64,000 nucleotides of DNA from an uncultured Gemmiger sp. (GCA_963557315.1 CAUWAX010000014.1:12648-76647), one strand, 5' to 3'; shown: positions 39,093-48,513, numbered from the stretch's first letter. Translations and numbers: made by a program. Notes: generated from the sequence alone by a model not told the origin.

Positions 39093-39136
39093 GAGATTCT
39101 CTGTACTTTTCTTATAAGAAAAGTACCAAAAGAATG
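39093..39136. repeat. IHR copy 16, two-armed full palindrome, variant stem
   Basis: GAGATTCTCT-GTACTTTTCTTATAAGAAAAGTAC-CAAAAGAATGTC. Both flanking arms are present and largely complementary to each other. Confidence 0.8.
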
Positions 39137-39142
39137 TCACCT

Positions 39143-39180
39143 AAAAATCCCCGTCCGGGTACCCCCGGGCGGGGATTTTT
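39143..39180 (+). terminator. Intrinsic terminator of nifJ
   Basis: AAAAATCCCCGTCCGGG-TAC-CCCCGGGCGGGGATTTTT. Confidence 0.85.
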
Positions 39181-39468
39181 GTTGCCGTTTTTCCGGTACC
39201 TTTCCTTACAAAAAGCACAGCGAAGCCCATACACCCTGCGAATCCTTACCGAAGCGGCAGGGGGGGCTGCTCTGGGGCAGCCGGGGCGTGGTTTTTTCCA
39301 AGACGGGGTGTTTTGCAGAGCAGGAGCTTGTCCCCACCGCGGGGGAAAACCCGCCCCGGCTTAGGCTATGGTACACCCGCTGCTTTCCCTCATAATCATC
39401 CCCCGCACCCCGCCCCGATCTTTGGCTTGCGGGTGTTTCTTGGCAAGAGGGGGGCCGAATCCCCATAG

Positions 39469-39507
39469 AAAACCGCCCGCTATGGAATTTCCATAGCGGG
39501 CGGTTTT
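39469..39507. terminator. Bidirectional intrinsic terminator 3' of uppP
   Basis: AAAACCGCCCGCTATGGAA-TT-TCCATAGCGGGCGGTTTTG. Confidence 0.85.
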
Positions 39508-39511
39508 GTTT

Positions 39512-39547
39512 GGAGTTTCTTCGGTTCCTTCTTTGCAAAGAAGGAAC
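39512..39547 (-). repeat. IHR copy 17, type A
   Basis: GGAGTTTCTTCG-GTTCCTTCTTTGCAAAGAAGGAAC, between the uppP stop (39561) and the terminator. Confidence 0.9.
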
Positions 39548-39560
39548 AAAAGCCCGGCGC

Positions 39561-40421
39561 TTAGGCGGCCATAGCGGTTTGGGCGATCCAGATGCCCAGC
39601 ACCACCAGACCCAGCGCGATGCGGTACCAGCCAAAGGCCGTGAAGGTATGTTTCTTGACGTAGTTCATCAGGAAGCGGATGGCGGCCATGGACACCAAGA
39701 AGGCCACCACGCAGCCCACCAGCAGGGACAGCACTTCCGGCATGGTAAAGCTGCTGCCGCCCAGCACATACTTGACGACCTTCAGCCCGGAAGCACCGGC
39801 CATGACGGGAATCGCCAAGAAGAAGGTGAACTGGGACGCGCAGGGGCGGCTCATACCGCAGAGCAGGCCGCCCACGATGGTGGCGCCGCTGCGGGACGTG
39901 CCGGGGATCATGGCCAGCACCTGCCACGCGCCCACCAGAATGGCCTGCTTGTAGGTGATGCGGCTGAGCTTGGTGGTGGAAGGCACCCGGGGCCGACGCT
40001 CGATGAGGATGAAGGCCACGCCGTAGACGATGAGCATGATGGCCACCACAATGCTGTTGTAGAGGTGGGCATCCAGCCAGTCATCCAGCAAGAAGCCCAG
40101 CACGGCGGCGGGCAGACAAGCCACGATGATCTTGCACCACAGCCGGACCACCGGCCAGCGCAGATGCTTGGCAAGGCCGGAATCCCGGCCGTTGTCGGCA
40201 CAGAAGGGCCACAGTTTTTTGAAATAGAGGACCACCACCGCCAAAATGGCGCCCAGCTGAATGACCACGCGGAACATGGACATAAATTCTTCGTCAAAGC
40301 TGAACTTGAGTAGCTGTTCGGCCAGAATCATGTGGCCGGTACTGGAGATGGGCAGCCATTCGGTGATGCCTTCGATGACGCCGTAGACGACGGACCGAAG
40401 CAAGTCAAAGAGTAAATCCAT
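39561..40421 (-). CDS. uppP: Undecaprenyl-diphosphate phosphatase
   Basis: 286 aa. The BacA/UppP signature EGITEWLPISSTGH and the PGTSRSGATI block. Confidence 0.92.
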   Translation of the reverse strand: MDLLFDLLRSVVYGVIEGITEWLPISSTGHMILAEQLLKFSFDEEFMSMFRVVIQLGAILAVVVLYFKKLWPFCADNGRDSGLAKHLRWPVVRLWCKIIVACLPAAVLGFLLDDWLDAHLYNSIVVAIMLIVYGVAFILIERRPRVPSTTKLSRITYKQAILVGAWQVLAMIPGTSRSGATIVGGLLCGMSRPCASQFTFFLAIPVMAGASGLKVVKYVLGGSSFTMPEVLSLLVGCVVAFLVSMAAIRFLMNYVKKHTFTAFGWYRIALGLVVLGIWIAQTAMAA

Positions 40422-40611
40422 GCGGGCAATGCCTCCTTATTGTTTCGCGTACCTATCATACCACAAAACGGGCAGGGGAGGGTACTCTTTTTTTGTAGAT
40501 TTTACAACTATTTTGGTCGCCTCTAGGCAAAACTGCCAAAACCGTCTTGCCGTTTTTGTCGGATGCCACTATAATAAAGTATATCTGTGCATAGAGGAAG
40601 GGAATAGGGAT

Positions 40612-41271
40612 ATGTATACCACCGTGCTGTTTGATCTGGACGGTACCTTGCTGAACACCATCGACGATCTGGCCGACTCGGCCAATCGGGTCTGCGCGGC
40701 CCATGGCTGGCCCACCTACACGGTGGACCAATACCGGTACTTTGTGGGCAACGGCATCCCCAAATTGGTGGAGCGGTTCAGCCCGGAATCGGCCCGCGAC
40801 CCCGAAACGCTGGCCGCTACCCTAAAGGAATTTGACGCCGAATACGGCGCCCATATGTTTGACAAGACCGCGCCCTACCCGGGCATGCCGGAGCTGCTGG
40901 CCCGGCTGCACGAACGGGGGATTCGGATGGCGGTCTACTCCAACAAAGCCGACGAATTTGCCGGGGACGTGGTGGCGCGGTACTTTGACGCCAGCCTGTT
41001 TGAGGTCATCCGGGGCGCCCGGAAAGGCGTGCCCACCAAGCCCGCGCCGGAAGGCACCAAGGCCCTGATGGCCCATCTGGGGGTAGACCCCGCCGCCGGC
41101 AACGTGCTGTACGTAGGGGACAGCAACGTGGACGTGGCCACCGCCCACAACGCGGGACTGCCCTGCTGCGGCGTGCTGTGGGGCTTCCGCACCCGGGAGG
41201 AACTGCAGCAGGCAGGGGCCGAATATCTGGCCGCCGACACCGCCCAGTTGGAAGCGGTCATTTTGGGATGA
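40612..41271 (+). CDS. HAD-superfamily hydrolase (phosphoglycolate phosphatase-like)
   Basis: 219 aa from ATG 40612. HAD motif I FDLDGTL and motif IV-like YVGDSNVDV. Confidence 0.8.
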   Translation: MYTTVLFDLDGTLLNTIDDLADSANRVCAAHGWPTYTVDQYRYFVGNGIPKLVERFSPESARDPETLAATLKEFDAEYGAHMFDKTAPYPGMPELLARLHERGIRMAVYSNKADEFAGDVVARYFDASLFEVIRGARKGVPTKPAPEGTKALMAHLGVDPAAGNVLYVGDSNVDVATAHNAGLPCCGVLWGFRTREELQQAGAEYLAADTAQLEAVILG

Positions 41272-41320
41272 GGTTTGGGCGGTGAACCCCCGTGACCGGG
41301 AATTTTTGGGCGTCTTGTTT

Positions 41321-41358
41321 AGAATTTCTTTGCCTACTTTCTTTGCAAAGAAAGTAGG
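41321..41358 (-). repeat. IHR copy 18, type B
   Basis: AGAATTTCTTTG-CCTACTTTCTTTGCAAAGAAAGTAGG. Confidence 0.9.
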
Positions 41359-41401
41359 GAAAGGCATACTTTTACAAAATTTGTAAGGGGGATCTGGTAG
41401 C

Positions 41402-42598
41402 ATGATTGTGCAGCACTATAAAGATATGCTGGGGGCCAAGTCGGTCATTCGGGAAATTTCCGAATGGAGCACCGCCCGCGGCAAGGAAATCGGGTACGAG
41501 AATGTCTTTGATTACTCGTTGGGCAATCCGTCGGTGCCCTGCCCGGCGCAGTTCACCGAAGCCTGCCGGGATTTGCTGGACCATACCGACCCGGTAACGC
41601 TGCACGGCTACACCCCCACGCTGACCCTGCCGGAAGTGCGGGCGCAGGTGGCGGAAAGCCTGAACCGCCGGTTCGGCATGGACTACACCGCCGACCATAT
41701 CTTTATGACTTCCGGTGCGGCGGGGGCGCTGGCCCACGCGCTGCGCTGCGTGGCGGTGCCGGGGCAGAACATCGTGACCTTTGCGCCTTTCTTCCCGGAG
41801 TACAAGCCCTACGTGGAAGGCGCCGGGCTGACTCTGCGGGTGGCGCCGCCTCGGGTGGAGGATTTCCAAATCAACTTTGACGCGCTGGACGGTCTGGTGG
41901 ATGAAAACACCGCCGCCGTGCTGATCAACTCCCCCAACAATCCCAGCGGTGTGGCATACAGCGCCGCCACGCTGACCAAACTGGCCGACTACCTGACCGC
42001 CGCCAGCAAACGGTATGGGCATCACATCTTCCTGATTTCCGATGAACCCTACCGGGAGATCGCCTTCGGCGGGGTAGAGGTGCCCTATCCGGCCAAGTTC
42101 TATCCCGATACCCTGACCTGCTACTCCTTCTCGAAGAGTTTGAGCGTGCCGGGGGAGCGCATCGGGTATCTGGCCGCCAACCCCCACTGCGAGGACGCCG
42201 CCTACATCGTGCCGATGTGCGGGCAGATCTCCCGGGGGACGGGGCACAACTGCCCGTCGGGGCTGTTCCAGTGGGCGGTGGGCCGCTGCATCGACCTGAC
42301 CAGCGACCTGTCGGTATACGAAACCAACATGGAACTGCTCTATGTCGAGCTTACCAAGCTGGGCTTTACGGTCAACAAGCCCAACGGCACCTTCTACATC
42401 TTTCCCAAAGCCTTGGAGGAGGACGCCAAGGCTTTCTGCCGCAAGGCCATGGCCTACGACTTGGCTTTGGTGCCGGGGGATACCTTCGGCTGCCCGGGAT
42501 ATTTCCGCATGGCCTACTGCATCGCAACCGAAAAGGTACGCCGCAGCATCCCCGCACTGGAAAAATTCGTCCGGGAACAGTACGGCGTGAAGGTCTGA
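41402..42598 (+). CDS. PLP-dependent aminotransferase, class I/II
   Basis: 398 aa. NPSNPSG-like NSPNNPSG and the PLP-lysine motif SFSKSLSVPGERIGY. Confidence 0.88.
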   Translation: MIVQHYKDMLGAKSVIREISEWSTARGKEIGYENVFDYSLGNPSVPCPAQFTEACRDLLDHTDPVTLHGYTPTLTLPEVRAQVAESLNRRFGMDYTADHIFMTSGAAGALAHALRCVAVPGQNIVTFAPFFPEYKPYVEGAGLTLRVAPPRVEDFQINFDALDGLVDENTAAVLINSPNNPSGVAYSAATLTKLADYLTAASKRYGHHIFLISDEPYREIAFGGVEVPYPAKFYPDTLTCYSFSKSLSVPGERIGYLAANPHCEDAAYIVPMCGQISRGTGHNCPSGLFQWAVGRCIDLTSDLSVYETNMELLYVELTKLGFTVNKPNGTFYIFPKALEEDAKAFCRKAMAYDLALVPGDTFGCPGYFRMAYCIATEKVRRSIPALEKFVREQYGVKV

Positions 42599-42612
42599 CG
42601 GGGTATACTATT

Positions 42613-42659
42613 GGAATTTCTTCGGTTCCTTCTTTGTAAAGAAGGAACAAAGAAGGAAC
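42613..42659 (-). repeat. IHR copy 19, type A with a duplicated right half
   Basis: GGAATTTCTTCG-GTTCCTTCTTTGTAAAGAAGGAAC-AAAGAAGGAAC. Confidence 0.9.
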
Positions 42660-42675
42660 AACAACCACACAAAGG

Positions 42676-43629
42676 ATGAAAGCTATGACGATTGTACGCC
42701 GTATACTACCGCTGATGTTAGCCGTAACGCTGTTGGCGGGCTGTTCCAAGAAAGCGAAGGAACCGGAACCCACGCCGACACCGGTACCAACGGTAGCGCC
42801 GACGCCGGAACCCACCGCCACGCCGGAGAGTGCGTTGGTGATGGCGGCAGCGTCCAGCAACGCCACCAAGGACGCGCCGGAAGTGACCGACCCCACCACT
42901 TGGGACGAAGCGGGCAAAGCGTTGATGGAGCAGTTGGCGGAACAGTTTGCCGACGCGGGCATGACGCTGGACGCGCAGGAAGGATACCCCTACCTGTTGG
43001 CGGTAAACCGGGCAGCCAGCACGGTGACGGTCTACACCACCGACGAGGAGAACCGGTACACGGTACCGTTCATGGCGATGGTTTGCAGCGGCGGCGAGGA
43101 CACCCCCACGGGTTACTGGACCACCCCGGTGAACTATGACTGGCGGCTGCTGATGGGACCCAGCTATGGGCAGTACGCCACCCGCATCTATGGCGGGTAT
43201 CTGTTCCACAGCGTGCCCTATTACAGCCAGCACAAGGACGACGTGGAATACGACCAGTTCAACGAGCTGGGCAGCATTGCCAGCTTGGGCTGTATCCGGT
43301 TGGCGGTGGTAGACGTAAAGTGGATCTACGATAACTGCCCCATCGGTACGCCGGTGGTGATCTATGACGACGCGGAAAACCCCGGGCCGATGGGCAAACC
43401 GGGCACCATCTACACCGACCCGAAGGACGAGGAAAAGCGGGGCTGGGACCCCACCGACCCCGACCCGGCCAACCCGTGGGATGACAGCTACCTGACCGGC
43501 ACGGCTATCCGCAGCCAAGAGGCGTGGGACCAGTGGGACGCCGAACAGGAAAACTGGCTGGCCAGCCTGACCCCCACCGACCTGCAAGGCTGGAGCACCG
43601 ATTCCAGCATCGTGGGCACCCGCGGCTAA
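42676..43629 (+). CDS. L,D-transpeptidase (YkuD-domain) lipoprotein
   Basis: 317 aa. Lipobox LLAGC and the YkuD catalytic block HSVPY...SLGCIRL. Confidence 0.8.
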   Translation: MKAMTIVRRILPLMLAVTLLAGCSKKAKEPEPTPTPVPTVAPTPEPTATPESALVMAAASSNATKDAPEVTDPTTWDEAGKALMEQLAEQFADAGMTLDAQEGYPYLLAVNRAASTVTVYTTDEENRYTVPFMAMVCSGGEDTPTGYWTTPVNYDWRLLMGPSYGQYATRIYGGYLFHSVPYYSQHKDDVEYDQFNELGSIASLGCIRLAVVDVKWIYDNCPIGTPVVIYDDAENPGPMGKPGTIYTDPKDEEKRGWDPTDPDPANPWDDSYLTGTAIRSQEAWDQWDAEQENWLASLTPTDLQGWSTDSSIVGTRG

Positions 43630-43632
43630 CCA

Positions 43633-43666
43633 TCCTTTCTTTATAAAGAAAGGACCAAAGAATTTC
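43633..43666 (+). repeat. IHR copy 20, variant stem
   Basis: TCCTTTCTTTATAAAGAAAGGA-CCAAAGAATTTC, 4 nt after the stop and followed by the terminator. Confidence 0.8.
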
Positions 43667-43670
43667 AACC

Positions 43671-43702
43671 AAAAAGGCATGGTCTTAGGACCATGCCTTT
43701 TT
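43671..43702. terminator. Bidirectional intrinsic terminator shared by convergent genes
   Basis: AAAAAGGCATGGTC-TTAG-GACCATGCCTTTTT. Confidence 0.85.
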
Positions 43703-43706
43703 CTAT

Positions 43707-43744
43707 AGAGTTTCTTTGCCTACTTTCTTTGCAAAGAAAGTAGG
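43707..43744 (-). repeat. IHR copy 21, type B
   Basis: AGAGTTTCTTTG-CCTACTTTCTTTGCAAAGAAAGTAGG. Confidence 0.9.
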
Positions 43745-43761
43745 GCTTTATCAAGGAACCA

Positions 43762-45321
43762 TCACGCATGTAACGTAATATAATACACCGGGCACCGCGC
43801 TACCTCGGTGAGCAGCTCCGCCGATTGAATATCCAGCACTTCGTTGGCCAACTCCAACAGCTCATCGGCGGAATACAGGTAGCCGTAGAGCACAAACCCA
43901 TCGGAGAGGTCCCGGTTTTCCACCGCATCGGCCAAGCCTTCGGCGTCGTGGCCGCCGGTGACCTGATACACCGCCTCTCGCTGGGCAAATTCCGGTAAGA
44001 AAAGGTCGGGGGCCACTTCGTACCCCGCTTGGTTGAGCACCACCGCGGGCAGGGAAGCGGTATCTGCCAGCGCAGGGGCGCGGCCCGCGTACTGGGTGTA
44101 GAGGTATTCGTTGCCCACCGTCAGATGGGCCATCAGGACAGGCAGCATGACGATGAGGGCCATCACCGGTTCCCACCGGGGATAAAGGGCCGCCAACCGG
44201 GCCAGCACGGCAGCGCCTGCCAGCACCAGCGGCCCGTAGAGCAGCACATAGTAGCGGTCCGCCTCATAGGGGGCGGTCTTGTTGATGACCAAAATATAAC
44301 ACAGCCCCGCCAATGCCAGCATGCAGGCAAACAACCCCATGCCCCGGGGACGGCAGCCCGCCTTCCAGAGCAGCGCCCCGGCAAAGAGGAGCAGCAGTGC
44401 CCAGAGAGCCGCGCCGCCGAATTGGCCCCCCAGCAGGGCCAGGACCCGGCCTACGCTGGCGACCCAATCGGACAGGGAGGAGAGGTCCAAAAAGCTGCCG
44501 AAAGCCTGCTGCCCCCGGGACCCCGAGAAGATGTGCTGCCGCATGGTGGGAAAGGCCAAAAACGCCAAGCCCAGCCCGCCGAATTCGGCCACCACATAGG
44601 ACAGGGCGGCCCGCCAGCGGCGGGTGGCCAGCAGCCATAGGCCGAACAGCCCGCAGAAGAAGAAACAGAACACAAGGAAGAAATACTGGGTCAGTGCGCC
44701 GGCCATGGTGGCGGCCGCCAACCCCAGCCAGACCAGCCCGGGCTTTTGCCCGGCGCGCAGCCGGCGGTAGAGGGTCAGGTGAGCCAACACCAGCAAAAGG
44801 GTCTCGCACATCAGCATGGCGTACATCCGGGTCAGGATGGCCATGCCTTGGGTGCCTACGTTGAGCAGAAAGACCGCCGCCGCCACCCACGACACCCAGA
44901 ACCGCCCGGTGAGCCGCCGCGCCGCCCAGTACAGCACAAAGGTGGCTGCCAGCAGAAAGAGGAAGTTGGGCAAAAGCCCCACCCAAGGCAGGTCTACCCC
45001 GGGGAAAAGACATTCAAAGGTATAGACCACGCAGTAGTAGAGCGGCGGGTGAACGTCGATTTTTTGGTTGTTCCAGAGGATGCGGTAGTCAAAGGAATGG
45101 GTGGGGTGCAGGGCGCTCTGGTAGAGCGCACCGTCCTGCCAGGTATCCAGATACCCGTCCTGCAGGGCGTAGAATCCCCCCGGATAGTTGGTCAGTTCGT
45201 AGGTATACAGCTCGTCTACATGATACCCCTGCTTGCAGGCGGCATAGCCAAGCATCAAGCCCAGCCCCGCCACCAGCAGCAAGACCAGCGCCAGCAGATA
45301 CCGCTTTTTCCGTTGTGCCAT
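43762..45321 (-). CDS. GT39/ArnT-like polytopic glycosyltransferase
   Basis: 519 aa with about 11 TM helices. An early DE motif (HVDELYTYE) and HPPLYY in the first loops are typical of PMT_2-type enzymes. Confidence 0.7.
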   Translation of the reverse strand: MAQRKKRYLLALVLLLVAGLGLMLGYAACKQGYHVDELYTYELTNYPGGFYALQDGYLDTWQDGALYQSALHPTHSFDYRILWNNQKIDVHPPLYYCVVYTFECLFPGVDLPWVGLLPNFLFLLAATFVLYWAARRLTGRFWVSWVAAAVFLLNVGTQGMAILTRMYAMLMCETLLLVLAHLTLYRRLRAGQKPGLVWLGLAAATMAGALTQYFFLVFCFFFCGLFGLWLLATRRWRAALSYVVAEFGGLGLAFLAFPTMRQHIFSGSRGQQAFGSFLDLSSLSDWVASVGRVLALLGGQFGGAALWALLLLFAGALLWKAGCRPRGMGLFACMLALAGLCYILVINKTAPYEADRYYVLLYGPLVLAGAAVLARLAALYPRWEPVMALIVMLPVLMAHLTVGNEYLYTQYAGRAPALADTASLPAVVLNQAGYEVAPDLFLPEFAQREAVYQVTGGHDAEGLADAVENRDLSDGFVLYGYLYSADELLELANEVLDIQSAELLTEVARCPVYYITLHA

Positions 45322-45375
45322 AGCGTGCTCCCATCACCAAAAAAGCCCGCCCCCCAAGGGGCGGGCTACATTGTT

Positions 45376-45615
45376 TTACATCTCGGCGTTTTCAGCCAGA
45401 TCCACAGCAAAGCGCCACAGTTCACCGATCGTCATATCCACGTTCAGTTCACTCTCGTCGATTTCCACGCCCAGCGCTTCACCCAGTGCCCAGGCCAGTT
45501 CCACCATGTCCTCATGGTCGGCGCCCAGATCGCTCAGCGCAACGCCGCGGGAAAGTTCGGCCGTGTCGCAGCTGAACTGTTCCGCCAAAAGCTCCTGCAG
45601 TTCTTCGAACGTCAC
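45376..45615 (-). CDS. Acyl-carrier-protein-like small acidic protein lacking the conserved Ser
   Basis: 79 aa from GTG 45615 (GAGGGGGG upstream). ACP-like helix II region reads LGADHEDMVELAWALGE where ACPs have DSL. Has its own promoter at 45650-45678. Confidence 0.5.
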   Translation of the reverse strand: MTFEELQELLAEQFSCDTAELSRGVALSDLGADHEDMVELAWALGEALGVEIDESELNVDMTIGELWRFAVDLAENAEM

Positions 45616-45649
45616 TCTGCGTTCCCCCCTCGCTGAGAAGTTTTCTTTT

Positions 45650-45678
45650 ATGATACAGGGCGGCACCCCATTCGTCAA
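45650..45678 (-). promoter_or_regulatory. Putative promoter of the ACP-like gene
   Basis: On the minus strand: TTGACG-17 nt-TATCAT. Confidence 0.5.
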
Positions 45679-45706
45679 GGGGGTGCAAGGGTACAATAGC
45701 ACAAAA

Positions 45707-47587
45707 TTACTGTGATTGTTTTGTGGAATCTGCCGGGGTCGCTGCCGGTAATTGCGGCTGGGCGTTCAAAATCCGCATAAACTCTTCGCCGGAGATGGTC
45801 TCCTTTTCGTAGAGATATTGGGCGATCTCGTCCAGTTTGCGCTTGTTTTCGGCCAACAGCGACAGGGCCTTCTGGTGCTGGGCCTTGACGATCTCCACCA
45901 CCTTGGCGTCCACCGCGGCGGCGGTCTGCTGGCTGCAAGCCAAGCTGGCGTCGCCGCCCAGGTAGGCGTTGTTGACGGTTTCCAGCGCCACCATGTCGAA
46001 GTCATCGGTCATGCCGTACCGGGTCACAGCGGCCCGGGCCAGCTTGGTGGCCTGTTCAATGTCGTTGGAAGCACCGGTGGTGATGGAGTGGAAGATCAAT
46101 TCCTCCGCAGCACGGCCGCCGGTAAAGGTGGCGATCTTGTTGAGGATCTCCTCCTTGGACATCAGGGTGTGGTCGCCCTCATCCACCTGCATGGTAAAGC
46201 CCAGCGCGCCGGAGGTACGGGGCACAATGGTGATTTTTTGCACCGGGGCGCTGTGGCTTTGCAGCGCCGCCACCAAGGCATGACCCACTTCGTGGTAGGC
46301 CACGATGCACTTCTCTTTGTCGTTGAGGATCTTGTTTTTCTTCTGGGCACCGGCCAGAATGGTGTCCACGGCCTCCTGCAGGTCGAACTGGGTCACGGCC
46401 TTGCGGCGGTGACGCACGGCGCAGAGGGCGGCTTCGTTGACGATGTTGGCCAGCTCGGCGCCGGAGGCACCGGGGGTCATCCGGGCTATAATGGAAAAGT
46501 CGCAGTCGGGGCCCAGCTTGACCTTCTTGGCGTGGAGCCGCAGGATACTTTCCCGGCCTTTCAGGTCGGGCAGTTCCACCGGCACGCGGCGGTCAAACCG
46601 GCCGGGCCGGGTCAGGGCCGGGTCCAGCGATTCGGGACGGTTGGTAGCGGCCAGAATGACCACGCCCTTGGTGGCGTCAAAGCCGTCCATCTCGGTGAGG
46701 AGCTGGTTCAGGGTCTGCTCCCGCTCGTCGTTGCCGCCGAAGTTCCCGGCGCCGTCACGCTTTTTGCCGATGGTATCGATCTCGTCGATAAAGACGATGC
46801 AGGGGGCTTTTTCGGCGGCCTGTTTAAAGAGGTCCCGCACCTTGGAAGCACCCATGCCCACGAACATCTCTACAAATTCGCTGCCCGCGATGGAGAAGAA
46901 GGGCACACCGGCCTCGCCGGCCACGGCCCGGGCCAGCAAGGTCTTGCCGGTACCCGGAGGGCCTACCAGCAAAACGCCCTTGGGCATCTTAGCGCCGATG
47001 TCCTCGTACTTTTTGGGGTTGTGGAGAAAGTCCACGATCTCTTGCAAACTCTCTTTGGCTTCGTCCTCACCGGCCACGTCCTGAAACTTGATGCCGGTCT
47101 TGTCGTCCACCACATACTGCTTGGCCCCCGACTTGCCGCCGAAGAACATGGAATTGGCGCCGCCCATGCCCTGCATCCGCTTGGCCAGCATCCGGTTGGC
47201 CAGCCAGAACAGCACCAAGAAGGGCAGGAAGCTCAGCACCAGATTGAGCAGCGAATCCCAGATGGTGGGGTTCTGGTAGACGGTGCCGAACTCTACGCCG
47301 GCATCTTCCAGCCGGTTGACCAGATCGCCGTCCTGCGAGATGGCGTTGGTCTTGTAGGCGTTTTCGTCCTTGTCCACAAAGAAGATCTGCTGGTCTTCCA
47401 ACTGGACGGTGGTCAGTTCTTTATCTTCCAGCATCTGCAAGAAGGTGCTGTAATTGACGCTTTTTACTTTGGCCTGCATCATGGCCGGGAATAGGAAAAT
47501 GTTGCTGAGCAGCAGCAGCACGATCACAATGGAATAGCCGACCCAAAGTTTCTTTTTGGGATCTTTGGGGGGTGTGGTTTCTTTCAT
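45707..47587 (-). CDS. ftsH: ATP-dependent zinc metalloprotease FtsH
   Basis: 626 aa. Walker A GPPGTGKT, Walker [12 protein letters not shown], and the zinc motif HEVGHA. Confidence 0.96.
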   Translation of the reverse strand: MKETTPPKDPKKKLWVGYSIVIVLLLLSNIFLFPAMMQAKVKSVNYSTFLQMLEDKELTTVQLEDQQIFFVDKDENAYKTNAISQDGDLVNRLEDAGVEFGTVYQNPTIWDSLLNLVLSFLPFLVLFWLANRMLAKRMQGMGGANSMFFGGKSGAKQYVVDDKTGIKFQDVAGEDEAKESLQEIVDFLHNPKKYEDIGAKMPKGVLLVGPPGTGKTLLARAVAGEAGVPFFSIAGSEFVEMFVGMGASKVRDLFKQAAEKAPCIVFIDEIDTIGKKRDGAGNFGGNDEREQTLNQLLTEMDGFDATKGVVILAATNRPESLDPALTRPGRFDRRVPVELPDLKGRESILRLHAKKVKLGPDCDFSIIARMTPGASGAELANIVNEAALCAVRHRRKAVTQFDLQEAVDTILAGAQKKNKILNDKEKCIVAYHEVGHALVAALQSHSAPVQKITIVPRTSGALGFTMQVDEGDHTLMSKEEILNKIATFTGGRAAEELIFHSITTGASNDIEQATKLARAAVTRYGMTDDFDMVALETVNNAYLGGDASLACSQQTAAAVDAKVVEIVKAQHQKALSLLAENKRKLDEIAQYLYEKETISGEEFMRILNAQPQLPAATPADSTKQSQ

Positions 47588-47707
47588 AGATCTTCAACTC
47601 CTTACTAAGGTATAGCATGCGCCAAAATCATGAACCGCATGTGAATGGATTTTGAACGAATCGAAAAATCCCAGAGAAATGCAGGGTTTTGCACCGTTTG
47701 CACCGAG

Positions 47708-47994
47708 TTTTCCACTCTTTCCACGGACTTTTCCACGGGGAAATGGTGGAAAACCCTGTTGAAACTGTGGAAAACCGGGTGGAAAAGTGGGGAAATTCCG
47801 AGAATTTGCAGCAGCAACGGCGAAAATAGGCGGAAAATTTTCCACAACTGTCCACCGAAAAGGTGCAAAAACGGCCCGGACCGAGGGATCCGGGCGGTGG
47901 AAAAGACACAAAATAGGGGAAAAGGGCGGCAAAAATCCCCTGCCGGCAGAGGGTGTTTGGGGAAAACTCGGCGCCGGGGCTGCCCGGTGGAAAA
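47708..47994. promoter_or_regulatory. DnaA-box cluster C (nine TTTTCCAC-core boxes) upstream of ftsH
   Basis: Plus orientation: 47708, 47717 (CTTTCCACG), 47729, 47838 (TTTTCCACA). Minus orientation: 47745, 47766 (TGTGGAAAA), 47778, 47896, 47986. A further box lies at 48376-84. Confidence 0.6.
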
Positions 47995-48002
47995 GCCGGT
48001 TT

Positions 48003-48233
48003 TTATTCCCGGGGGGCGCCGCCGTAAGGCCAAGGGATGTCGGACAGTTCTAAAAGATAATCCGCCGTGACGCCGTAATACCGGGCCAGCTTGCGCAGGA
48101 TCTCGGTGGGAATGTCCAGTTCGCCCCGCTCATAGTTGCTGTACACCCGCTGGCTGCAAGACAAAATTTGCCCCAGTTGGGTTTGGGTCAAGTCATGATC
48201 TTCGCGTAGGTCGCGGATTCGTCGGTACAGCAT
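48003..48233 (-). CDS. XRE-family helix-turn-helix transcriptional regulator
   Basis: 76 aa from ATG 48233. IRDLREDHDLTQTQLGQILSCSQRVYSNYERG. Paralogue of 8880..9095. Confidence 0.7.
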   Translation of the reverse strand: MLYRRIRDLREDHDLTQTQLGQILSCSQRVYSNYERGELDIPTEILRKLARYYGVTADYLLELSDIPWPYGGAPRE

Positions 48234-48513
48234 GGTCAGCCTCAACTCTTTGTAGGGATACAAAAAGTATAGCATAGCGGAATTTCCGCTATTGCACTCT
48301 AGCGGATAATGCGCTAGAATAGAAGTGGCTACTCTCTTTTCTGCCGGTGATAGGATGCCCATTTTTGCACAGGGCGGTGGAAAAGGTAAAATAATCCTAT
48401 TAAAAATAGACAGATAAACTATAAATGTTCAAATATTTGCAATATTTGTAACAAGTCGGCAACATCTGTCGTTATACTATATAGGTGAAAGAAAACAAAA
48501 GGAGGGCTGCACC

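Noticed and set aside
39206-39634. 142-aa minus-strand ORF between nifJ and uppP, plus similar 60-190-aa ORFs crossing hairpin repeats (recurrent peptides such as FLLCKEG, SLQRRN and FFAKKVG)
   Set aside because: The shared peptide strings are simply translations of the intergenic hairpin repeat. These ORFs cross terminators and lack start signals.
47645-48070. 141-aa ORF and several overlapping ORFs in the ftsH upstream region
   Set aside because: The translations are dominated by W/K/T/F repeats that simply reflect the reiterated TTTTCCAC/GTGGAAAA motif. There is no SD or family signature.
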